Shown here one piece after another: positions 9,957-18,184 of a DNA stretch of 64,000 nucleotides. Below the pieces are notes generated by a model. The model was not told where the DNA came from and searched no databases. It saw nothing but the letters and a program-made list of their open reading frames with translations. Origin of the DNA: an uncultured Gemmatimonadales bacterium (GTDB lineage: Bacteria > Gemmatimonadota > Gemmatimonadetes > Longimicrobiales > RSA9). A program made the position numbers and the translations under genes. The stretch spans positions 1,568,001 through 1,632,000 of the forward strand of contig OY970192.1 of the NCBI GenBank assembly GCA_963708135.1. The letters are read 5' to 3'. Every line of letters starts with the position of its first letter. Position 1 is the stretch's first letter.

Positions 9957-11072
9957 TCACGCCCCGGGCTCGCCGCCGGTCGGCTCGCTGTCGCCGGACA
10001 GCGGGCCTTCGGTGGCGAGGATGCGCCGGACGTAGGTTGCGCGATGCAAATCGCTCTCCGCGTCGGAGAGAGAGCGTCCGGCGGCCTGCTCGAGATGAGC
10101 GGCCTGGGTGAAAACCATGATTTTGTTCAGCGTGTATACACGAAGCCCGTCGAGAATGTTCATGCTGACGCCCATGCGGACGCCGCTCAGCAGGTTCATC
10201 ACTTCCTCGAAGGAGAGCGAGCGAGCATAACGCAGCAGGCCGTAGGCGCGCCAGATCTTGTCCTCCATGACGGCGGGCGCGTCGCGGCGCAGCACCTCGC
10301 GCGCCTGCATCTCGTACTGGATCACCTGGCCGACGATCTTCTGCAGGTGGTCGACCAGGTCCTCTTCGCTCTTGCCGAGCGTCGTCTGGTTCGAGACCTG
10401 GAAGAAGTTGCCCACGACCTCGGAGCCCTCTCCGTAAAGGCCGCGGAAGGTCAGCCCGACCTGGCCGATCCCCTGCAGCACCTTCCCGATCTCCTTCGTC
10501 AGCACGAGCCCCGGCAGGTGGATCAGGATGGAAGCCCGCAGGCCCGTACCGACGTTGGTCGGGCAGCTCGTCAGATAGCCGAACTCCGGGTGGTAGGCCA
10601 TCGGCAGCTCGGCGCCGAGCTCCTCGTCCACGCGGTCCACCACGCGGTAGGCCTCCTGCAGCTGGAGCCCGGACAGGAAGCACTGCAGGCGCAGGTGATC
10701 CTCCTCGTTCACCATCACGCCCACGTCCTCGCGCGGGCCCATGATGAGCCCCGAGCCATGCGGCGGCCCCTCACCGTTCCCGGCCAGCTCGCGCGAGATG
10801 AGGTGGCGCTCGAGCAGGACCTGACGCGAGAGCCGGGTCAGCTCCGACAGCTCGAGGGCGAGCCCGCCGCGCAGCACCTCCGAGTGCTGGATCGCCTGGC
10901 GAACGTTCTCGAAGACCTGCGCCCGCTCCTCCTCCCGGCTGCGCAGCGGGTAGCTGTGGCCCTGGAGGTTGCGCGCGAGTCGGACCCGGGTGGAAAGCAC
11001 CACGTCGGCGTACGGCCCGCGATCCTCGAGCCAGCCGAGGCCGAAATCCGGGTAGGTCGTGAAGTCCCCCAT
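9957..11072 (-). CDS. mcsB: Protein arginine kinase McsB
   Basis: STRVRLARN, NEEDHLR, CPTNVGTG and QVSNQTTLG. The ATG at 11072 overlaps the mcsA stop (TGATG). Confidence 0.95.
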   Translation of the reverse strand: MGDFTTYPDFGLGWLEDRGPYADVVLSTRVRLARNLQGHSYPLRSREEERAQVFENVRQAIQHSEVLRGGLALELSELTRLSRQVLLERHLISRELAGNGEGPPHGSGLIMGPREDVGVMVNEEDHLRLQCFLSGLQLQEAYRVVDRVDEELGAELPMAYHPEFGYLTSCPTNVGTGLRASILIHLPGLVLTKEIGKVLQGIGQVGLTFRGLYGEGSEVVGNFFQVSNQTTLGKSEEDLVDHLQKIVGQVIQYEMQAREVLRRDAPAVMEDKIWRAYGLLRYARSLSFEEVMNLLSGVRMGVSMNILDGLRVYTLNKIMVFTQAAHLEQAAGRSLSDAESDLHRATYVRRILATEGPLSGDSEPTGGEPGA

Positions 11073-11566
11073 CACAGCGCCGCCTCGAGGTCGCGGATCA
11101 GGTCGCGCAGCTCGGCGGCGCGCTCGAAGTCCTCGCTCGACACCGCCCGATCCAGCTTGCGCTTGAGGCCGGCGAGCCGCTCGGCCTGCTCGGCCTTCGT
11201 CGGGTCGGGGGGCAGGTAGACCTTGCCCAGGTGCTGCGTGCCCCCGTGCAGCCGGCGAAGCAGGCCGCGCAGGTTCGGCTCGAAGGTCACGTAGCAGTGC
11301 GAGCAGCCCAGCCGGCCCGTCTTCTTGAAGTCCTCCAGCCGCATGCCGCAGTACGCGCACGGGCCGGCAGTCGCGGCTTCGACGCCGCCGGACTTGCCCA
11401 TCTGCGAAAGGAAGTCGGTGAGCGGGAAGTTCCCCACGTTGACACCGGGCTGCAGCCCCTTCTCCGCCGCGCAGGACTCGCACAGATGAAAGGTGCTCAT
11501 CTGGTTGTCCACGATCTGCGTCAGGTGGATGATCGCCTCGTTCTCACCGCAATGGTCGCACAGCAT
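11072..11566 (-). CDS. mcsA: McsA (McsB activator; CxxC and UVR domain)
   Basis: Four CxxC motifs (CDHC, CESC, CAYC, CSHC), GRLGC and a C-terminal EDFERAAELRD UVR motif. Confidence 0.93.
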   Translation of the reverse strand: MLCDHCGENEAIIHLTQIVDNQMSTFHLCESCAAEKGLQPGVNVGNFPLTDFLSQMGKSGGVEAATAGPCAYCGMRLEDFKKTGRLGCSHCYVTFEPNLRGLLRRLHGGTQHLGKVYLPPDPTKAEQAERLAGLKRKLDRAVSSEDFERAAELRDLIRDLEAAL

Positions 11567-11571
11567 GTTGC

Positions 11572-12378
11572 TCAGGCCGGGTAAAAGCTGCGGAGCTGGC
11601 CGTCCTTGACCAGCAGAATGCGGTCGGCGCGGTCCGCCAGCTCCCTGTTGTGCGTCGCCAGTACCATGGCAACGCCGTGTTCCGCACGCAACCGGAAGAA
11701 GAGGTCGTGCAGCTGCTCGCTCGTGTGGGTGTCGAGGTTGCCGCTCGGCTCGTCCGCCAGCAGCAGGGCCGGCCGGTTGACCAGAGCCCGGGCCACCGCC
11801 ACCCTTTGCTGCTCGCCGCCGCTGAGCTCCGACGGCCGGTGCGAGGCGCGGGGCGCCAGGCCGACCTCGTGGAGCAACTCCCGGGCCCGCGCCTCGGCGG
11901 ATGCCTCGGCGGTCCCCGCGATCAGCAGCGGCATCATCACGTTCTCAAGCGCGGAGAACTCCCGCAGCAGGTGGTGGAACTGAAAGACGAACCCGATCCG
12001 GCGGTTGCGCACCCCCGCCAGCTCCCGGTCGGGCAGCGCCGCCAGGTCCTGCCCCTCCAGCAGCACCTGCCCGGAGGTGGGGCGGTCGAGCCCGCCCAGC
12101 AGGTGGAGAAGGGTTGACTTGCCCGCCCCGCTGGCTCCGATCACGGCGACCGCCTCTCCTCTCGCGACGCGGATCTCTACCCCGTCCAGTACGGTGAGTT
12201 CGCTGCCGTCCTCCTCCACGTACGTCTTGCGGAGCGCCAGCCCCTCGAGGGCTGCGGGCCCATCCACGGAACGCGCGGCGGACGCCGGATCGGACGGCAG
12301 CGCCGTCGCGTCCGGCGCCGGTGCGGCCGGGACGGCCGGGGCGGCGGACTCGTTCAGCGCGCGCGGCTGCTCACTCAT
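11572..12378 (-). CDS. lolD: Lipoprotein-releasing ABC transporter ATPase
   Basis: GASGAGKS, GFVFQFHHLL, LSGGEQQR and LADEPSGNLD. Follows the lolC/E-like gene. Confidence 0.9.
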   Translation of the reverse strand: MSEQPRALNESAAPAVPAAPAPDATALPSDPASAARSVDGPAALEGLALRKTYVEEDGSELTVLDGVEIRVARGEAVAVIGASGAGKSTLLHLLGGLDRPTSGQVLLEGQDLAALPDRELAGVRNRRIGFVFQFHHLLREFSALENVMMPLLIAGTAEASAEARARELLHEVGLAPRASHRPSELSGGEQQRVAVARALVNRPALLLADEPSGNLDTHTSEQLHDLFFRLRAEHGVAMVLATHNRELADRADRILLVKDGQLRSFYPA

Positions 12379-13618
12379 GACGGATCGCCTCCACCGGCAG
12401 CAGGCGCGAGGCCTGGCGGGCCGGGTAGATGGTCGCCGCGAACGCGATCAGAATGCTCGTCGCGATGATCAGCAGCACGTCCGTCGCGTCCAGCGCAACG
12501 GGCAGGGTATCGATGAAATAGACGTCGCCCGGCAGCGAGATGAAATGGTAGCGCCCGAGCAGGCCCACGAGCGCGAGGCCGCCGAGGGTCCCGAGCACCG
12601 TGCCGACGACGCCGATCGCGAGGCCCTGCAGCATGAAGACCCGCAGCACCGTCGCGTCCGTCATCCCCATGGACTTGAGGATCCCGATCTCCTTCGTCTT
12701 GTCCGTCACCACCATGATGAGCTGCGTGATGATGTTGAACGCCGCGACGACGACGATCAGGAAGAGGATCACGCTCATTGCCATCTTCTCGAGCTTGAGC
12801 GCGGAGAAGAGGCTCTGGTTGAGGGTCATCCAGTCGCTGGTCCAGTAGGGGAAGCCGAGCGCGTTCGCGATGCGGTCGCCCACCTGCCGCGCCTCCCACG
12901 GATCCCTCACGTTGGCCGCGACGCCGCTCACGGTGTCCGGACCCACGCCGAGCAGGTCCTGCACCGCCGGGATCGTGGCGTACATGTTCTGCGTGTCGTA
13001 CTCGTACATCCCCGTGGTGAACAGGCCCGTCACCTCGAAGCGCCGCAGCCGTGGAACGATCTCCCCGTTCGGGCCGGTGCGGATGCTCTCGAAGGATGCC
13101 ACCGTGACGGTGTCGCCCGGAAGCACGCCGAGCTTGTCGGCCAGCTTACGGCCCATCAGCATGCCGGGCAGGCCGCCGGAGCTGGGGCGGAAGGCCAACT
13201 TCCCCGCCCGGATCTGCCGTTCGATCGTGGTCATGGGCACGCGCGCCGCCCGAGGGTCTATCCCGTAGAGCTGCCCCGGCTGGGAGTAGACGCCCCCCGG
13301 CGTGACCGCCACCTGCGTCATGAGGAACGGCTCCGCGGCAAGCACGCCCCGGGTGTCGGCGACCTGCTTCAGCACCGGCTTCCAGTTGCCCATCCGGAAG
13401 CCCTGCCCCTGCTCGAAGACGTACACGTGGGGGTTGCTGCCCAGGATCTTCTGCTGCAGGTCCCGCTGCAGCCCCGTCATGACCGCAATCACGGTAATGA
13501 GCGCCATGACGCCGAGCAGCACGCCTCCGGCAGCGATCAGCGTGATGAGCGAGAGGAAGCGGCCGCGGCGGCGGGAGGCTAGGTAGCGGCGGGCGAGGTA
13601 CCAGTCCAGCCTCCTCAA
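12371..13618 (-). CDS. lolC/E: Lipoprotein-releasing ABC transporter permease LolC/E (single copy, LolF-like)
   Basis: VIAVMTG, VVAAFNII, EIGILKSMG and YPARQASRL.PVEAIRHE. Confidence 0.92.
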   Translation of the reverse strand: MRRLDWYLARRYLASRRRGRFLSLITLIAAGGVLLGVMALITVIAVMTGLQRDLQQKILGSNPHVYVFEQGQGFRMGNWKPVLKQVADTRGVLAAEPFLMTQVAVTPGGVYSQPGQLYGIDPRAARVPMTTIERQIRAGKLAFRPSSGGLPGMLMGRKLADKLGVLPGDTVTVASFESIRTGPNGEIVPRLRRFEVTGLFTTGMYEYDTQNMYATIPAVQDLLGVGPDTVSGVAANVRDPWEARQVGDRIANALGFPYWTSDWMTLNQSLFSALKLEKMAMSVILFLIVVVAAFNIITQLIMVVTDKTKEIGILKSMGMTDATVLRVFMLQGLAIGVVGTVLGTLGGLALVGLLGRYHFISLPGDVYFIDTLPVALDATDVLLIIATSILIAFAATIYPARQASRLLPVEAIRHE

Positions 13619-13628
13619 GGATGCCCTC

Positions 13629-15209
13629 TCACTCCGGCCGCATGGCCGGAAACAGGATCACGTCCCGGATCGACGCCTGGTTCGCCAGCAGCATGACCAG
13701 CCGATCCACGCCAACGCCCACGCCGCCCGTGGGCGGCATGCCGTACTCCAGCGCCCGGATGTAGTCCTCGTCCAGCCCCTGCGCCTCCTCGTCACCCTGC
13801 TCGCGCAATCGGACCTGGGCCTCGAAGCGCTCGCGCTGGTCGAAGGGGTCGTTGAGCTCGCTGAAGGCGTTGGCCAGCTCGCGGCCGGCGATCATCAGCT
13901 CGAAGCGCTCCACCAGCGCCGGTTCCCCCCGCTTCGGCTTGGCCAGCGGCGAGAGCTCGCGCGGGTGGTCCAGCACGAAGACCGGCTGCGCCAGGTGCGG
14001 CTCGACCAGGTCCTTGAAGAGCTCGTCGATCAGCTTCGGGCGCGAGAGCGCGCCCACGTCCGCGACACCGAGCGAGGCGGCCGCCCCCCGGAGCGCCGCG
14101 TCGTCCAGCGCGGCCACGTCGAGCTCGCCGTACTCGCGCAGCGCGTCGAAGTAGCGCAGGCGGCGGAACGGCGGCGTGAAATCGAGCTCGAGGGGACCGT
14201 GATGGATGCGGTGCCCGCCGCCGGTCACCTCCTCCACCAGCGCCACGAACATCTCCTCGACGAGCCGCATCATCTCCTCGTAGTCCGCGAACGCCTGGTA
14301 GAACTCCAGCATCGTGAACTCGGGGAAATGGGTACGGTCGATGCCCTCGTTGCGGAAGTCCTTGCCGATCTCGTAGACGCGCTCGAGCCCGCCGACGATC
14401 AGCCGCTTCAGGTAGAGCTCGTCGGCGATCCGCAGGTAGAGCGGCATGTCCAGGGTGTGATGGTGAGTGACGAACGGTCGCGCGGACGCACCGCCGTAGA
14501 GCGGCTGCAGCACCGGCGTCTCCACCTCCAGGTAGCCGCGCGCGTCGAGGAAGCGGCGCAACGCCGAGACGACGCGGGACCGGAGCACGAAGACGTCGCG
14601 CACGTCGCGGTTGACCGCGAGGTCGGCATAGCGTTGGCGGTAGCGCTGCTCGGTGTCGGCGAAGCCGCCCCATACCCGCGTCTCGCCACGGGCACCTTCC
14701 CCGACCTTGCCGATCGGGAGCGGGCGCACCGACTTGGCGAGAAGCCTGAACTCCCGCACCTCAAGCGTCACCTCGCCGGCCCGCGTCCGGAACAGCGGCC
14801 CCTCGGCGCCGATCCAGTCGCCCGGGTCCAGCAGGCCGAGCAGCCCGAACGCGTCCTCGCCCAGGATCGACTTCTTGAAGTAGAGCTGGATGCCGCCGCT
14901 GGCGTCCTCCAGGTCGGCGAAGAGGGTCTTGCCGTGCGAGCGGAGCGAGACGAGCCGGCCGGCGAGACGGAACGTAGCCCCCGCCGGCGACGCTCCGGCC
15001 TCGACCTCCCCCGCCCTCTCCACCGATTCGAAGGCGGCGCGCGCCTGCGCGGCCGAGGCGGTCACGTCGTAGTTGTACGCGTACGGCTCGATGCCGCGCG
15101 CGCGGAGCGCGTCCAGCTTCGCGCGCCGGTCCTCCAGCGCCTGGCTGCGCCGCTCGCCTCGGGCCTCCGTCTCCCCTCCCGCGGCCTCGCCGCGCTCCAC
15201 CTCGCTCAT
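13629..15209 (-). CDS. lysS: Lysine--tRNA ligase (class II)
   Basis: RYRQRYADL, YGGASARPF, FRNEGID and YGMPPTGG.GVDRL. Confidence 0.97.
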   Translation of the reverse strand: MSEVERGEAAGGETEARGERRSQALEDRRAKLDALRARGIEPYAYNYDVTASAAQARAAFESVERAGEVEAGASPAGATFRLAGRLVSLRSHGKTLFADLEDASGGIQLYFKKSILGEDAFGLLGLLDPGDWIGAEGPLFRTRAGEVTLEVREFRLLAKSVRPLPIGKVGEGARGETRVWGGFADTEQRYRQRYADLAVNRDVRDVFVLRSRVVSALRRFLDARGYLEVETPVLQPLYGGASARPFVTHHHTLDMPLYLRIADELYLKRLIVGGLERVYEIGKDFRNEGIDRTHFPEFTMLEFYQAFADYEEMMRLVEEMFVALVEEVTGGGHRIHHGPLELDFTPPFRRLRYFDALREYGELDVAALDDAALRGAAASLGVADVGALSRPKLIDELFKDLVEPHLAQPVFVLDHPRELSPLAKPKRGEPALVERFELMIAGRELANAFSELNDPFDQRERFEAQVRLREQGDEEAQGLDEDYIRALEYGMPPTGGVGVGVDRLVMLLANQASIRDVILFPAMRPE

Positions 15210-15219
15210 CCTCTCCCCG

Positions 15220-16330
15220 TCACGCGACGGCGGCCCCGTGCTGCTTCAGGTACGCCTCTATGAATGGATCGATGCCGCCGTTCATGACCTTCTGCACGTC
15301 CCCGACCTTCAGCTCCGTGCGATGATCCGTCACCTGCGTGTAGGGCTGGAACACGTACGAGCGGATCTGGTTCCCCCAGGCGATGTCCGTCTTGGTGGCC
15401 TCCACCTTCGCGCGTTCCTCCTCGCGCCGGTCCAGCTCCCGCTGGTAGAGGGCCGACCGCAGCATCTTCATGGCCGTGGCCTTGTTCTGGAACTGGCTGC
15501 GCTCGTTCTGGCAGGCCACCACCACGCCGCTGGGCTCGTGGGTGATGCGCACCGCGGAGCTCGTCTTGTTCACGTGCTGCCCGCCCGCGCCCGAGGCGCG
15601 GTACACGTCGACCCGCAGGTCCTTCTCGTCGATGTCGATCTCGATGTCGTCGTCCACCGCCGGATAGACGAACACGCTCGCGAAGGAGGTGTGGCGCCGG
15701 CTCTGCGCATCGAAGGGCGAGATCCGCACCAGCCGGTGCACGCCCCGCTCCGCCTTCAGGTAGCCGTAGGCGTACTCGCCCTGGATCTCCAGCGTCACCC
15801 GCTTGATCCCGGCCTCCTCGCCCGGCAGCAGGTCGAGCACCTCCACGCGGTAGCCGTGCTGCTCCGCCCAGCGGTTGTACATCCGCATGAGCATCTCGGC
15901 CCAGTCCTGGGACTCCGTGCCGCCGGCTCCGGGATGCAGGGTGAGAATGGCGTCGCGGACGTCGTCGGGGCCACGCAGCATCCCCCGCAGCTCGAGCGTG
16001 CGGACCTGCTCCTCTAGGCGCTCGACCTCGCGACTCCACTCGGCCTCGAGCGCCTCGTCCTCCTCAGTCTCGAGCAGCTCACCCAGCTCGTCCAGCTCCG
16101 CCACCTTCTGCTTCACCGTGTCGTACGGCTCGACCCAGCCCTTCAGCTCCTTCACCTCCTGAACCGCCTTCTGCGCCTCGTCCGGAGCGTCCCAGAACGA
16201 CGGCTCGGCCATCCGCCGCGCCAGCGTGGTCAGCCGCTCCCGCTTGCGAGCCACGTCAAAGATAGCCTCCCAGCGCCTCCACGCGCTCCCGCTGGGCCCC
16301 GAGCATTTCCCTGGTCTGCTGCACCGCCAT
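15220..16330 (-). CDS. prfB: Peptide chain release factor 2, translated via +1 programmed frameshift
   Basis: The ATG at 16330 gives MAVQQTREMLGAQRERVEALGGYL, then CTT-TGA-C. The shifted frame continues DVARKRE... and carries the SPF and GGQ motifs. Confidence 0.96.
16255..16271 (-). other. RF2 +1 frameshift cassette
   Basis: Minus strand reads GGGAGG-CTAT-CTTTGAC, an internal SD followed by the slippery CTT TGA C. Confidence 0.95.
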
Positions 16331-16407
16331 GCGGGCAACCCTCCGTCTGTACGCGCGAGAGGCCGCCCCTTCCGGACGGCCTCACGAATCGGTTCGAATC
16401 TCTTGAA

Positions 16408-16436
16408 AAGATAGCGGGAAGCGGCCCTCGCTGCAA
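16408..16436 (-). promoter_or_regulatory. Putative sigma70 promoter for prfB
   Basis: TTGCAG-17 bp-TATCTT. Confidence 0.55.
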
Positions 16437-16473
16437 CCGAGAAAACGGCGCCCGCGCGCCTCCTTCCGGACCC

Positions 16474-17118
16474 TCAGAACACCTTCCGCCCGCCCGCGAG
16501 CAGCTCGTTCAAAGCGTTGCGGAAGAACGGCGTACCCTTCGCCATCTCGAGTCCCACCTGAGCCACGTACTCCTCCCAGCTCTTCACGATCTCCTCCCGG
16601 AACTCGGAGCGCAGGGTTCCGGCCGCCGCGCTCTTCTCCAGCCGCTCCGGGTGGTAGGCGACGATGTCGGACACGAGCGCCCGCGCCAGGCGGGCCGCCC
16701 GCACCTTCGGGTCCTGGTTGGCGAAGGACGCCGCACGGGGGCGCTCCGTCGCGGGAGCGGCCGGCGCCGGAGAAGGCGGCGAGGCACCCGGCGCGGAAGC
16801 CGCTCCGGGGGACGGCGGCGCGGCGTCGCCCTCCGGGCGGGCGGCCGCCGCCGGGGACTCCCGCGAAGCGGTCGGGGGGTTGCCCCAGGCCGGAGCGGAT
16901 ACGGGCGACGGCTCGGGGGCCGACTCCACCGCCGCCGCGGTGTTCGGATGGCTCGCCTGGGCGGGGGACTCCGCCTGCCCCGGCCCGGCGGCGACGCCCT
17001 GGCGCGTGAGGAAGAACACGCCGGAGCAGCGCGCGCAGCGGGCGCGGGCTCCGGCGGCGGGCACGCGCTCGGGGTCGATGCGGAAGACCGCCTGGCAGTG
17101 CGGGCAGCGAATGTTCAT
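16474..17118 (-). CDS. Zinc-ribbon (MJ0042-type) protein with Pro/Ala linker and helical C-terminal domain
   Basis: CPHC...CARC at the N-terminus, a low-complexity middle, and a helical C-terminal segment. Its ATG overlaps the upstream stop (ATGA). Confidence 0.85.
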   Translation of the reverse strand: MNIRCPHCQAVFRIDPERVPAAGARARCARCSGVFFLTRQGVAAGPGQAESPAQASHPNTAAAVESAPEPSPVSAPAWGNPPTASRESPAAAARPEGDAAPPSPGAASAPGASPPSPAPAAPATERPRAASFANQDPKVRAARLARALVSDIVAYHPERLEKSAAAGTLRSEFREEIVKSWEEYVAQVGLEMAKGTPFFRNALNELLAGGRKVF

Positions 17119-18113
17119 GAGTCCAGGGGCACGTCAACGCGATAGGGGGAATAGCCGCCCGGCTCGCCGTAGACGTCGCGCTCGTCGGAGCGCCGATCGA
17201 CGGCGTAGATCGAGCCGGGGAGCTTCTTGGCGAACAGCTTCATCTCGGTGGCGAGCTCGCTCACCCGTGCGGTGTGGGTGAAGCGGCGTGTCTGGTTGGT
17301 CACGACGCCGATCGAGAGCGTCATGAGCGGCACCCAGAGGATGTTGCCGCGGCGATCCCGGCCGAGGAAGTAGCCGGCGCGCCGGTCTTCCTCGGTGTAC
17401 TGGTAGGGGATCAGCTCGTCGAAGATCTCGATGATCTCCTCGCAGCAGGTGCGCATGGAGTCGATCGGCACGTTGAAGATGAAGTCGTCGCCGCCAATGT
17501 GGCCGATGAAGCCGTCCGGCGCGTGCGCCTTCACCACGTCCCTCAGGATGCGCGAGAGCAGCAGGATCACGCCGTCGCCCTCGTTGTAGCCGTAGCGGTC
17601 GTTGAACTCCTTGAAGTGGTCGAGGTCGGCATAGCAGACGGCGAAGCGCTGGTCCCGCTTCATGCGCTCGCCGATGTCCCGCTCGATCTGGACGGTGCCA
17701 GGCAGCCGGGTGGTGGGGTGCACGCTCACATCGCGGTCGGCGCGGCGGAGGGCCATGCGCAGCCGGAGCAGCCGCTCGCGCGCATCCATCTCGGTGGTGA
17801 GCACCTCATCCGCGCCGGCCTCGAGCCCGGCGAAGAGGGCGTCTTCGCCGGGCGCGGGGCCGAGCAGGACGACCGGGATGATCGCGTTAAAGGTGTCGCT
17901 CTTCAGCATACGGCAGAGCTCGATGGCGGGCGCTTCCTCGGCAGTGTCGACCACGATCCCGGCGGGGTAGCTGCGGTTGACGAGCTCGAGCACATCGGCG
18001 CCGGCCGCGACGGGCACGACCGTGAGCCCCTGCTCATCGGCGAAAGCCGCGATCATGGGGGGCACGTCGCGCCCGCTCGGCGAGTGGTAAATCAGGATCG
18101 ATCGAGAACCCAT
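17115..18113 (-). CDS. Diguanylate cyclase with degenerate receiver domain
   Basis: DLDHFKEFNDRYG..GD and HIGGDDF. The N-terminal REC-like region (GIVVD, AGADE) lacks the conserved Lys. Start placed at ATG 18113. Confidence 0.88.
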   Translation of the reverse strand: MGSRSILIYHSPSGRDVPPMIAAFADEQGLTVVPVAAGADVLELVNRSYPAGIVVDTAEEAPAIELCRMLKSDTFNAIIPVVLLGPAPGEDALFAGLEAGADEVLTTEMDARERLLRLRMALRRADRDVSVHPTTRLPGTVQIERDIGERMKRDQRFAVCYADLDHFKEFNDRYGYNEGDGVILLLSRILRDVVKAHAPDGFIGHIGGDDFIFNVPIDSMRTCCEEIIEIFDELIPYQYTEEDRRAGYFLGRDRRGNILWVPLMTLSIGVVTNQTRRFTHTARVSELATEMKLFAKKLPGSIYAVDRRSDERDVYGEPGGYSPYRVDVPLDS

Positions 18114-18154
18114 GACATTGGGAGGAAGGATGCATGCAGGGGAGATTGGCAGGA

Positions 18155-18184
18155 AAGCTACCACGGCCCGCGGCCGCTTGTCAA
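18155..18184 (-). promoter_or_regulatory. Putative sigma70 promoter for the GGDEF/zinc-ribbon pair
   Basis: TTGACA-18 bp-TAGCTT with TG at the extended -10 position. Confidence 0.65.

Noticed and set aside
17400..17640. GGDEF as a Hypr-type cGAMP synthase
   Set aside because: It retains the Asp in YGYNEGD that specifies GTP, rather than the Ser of Hypr enzymes.
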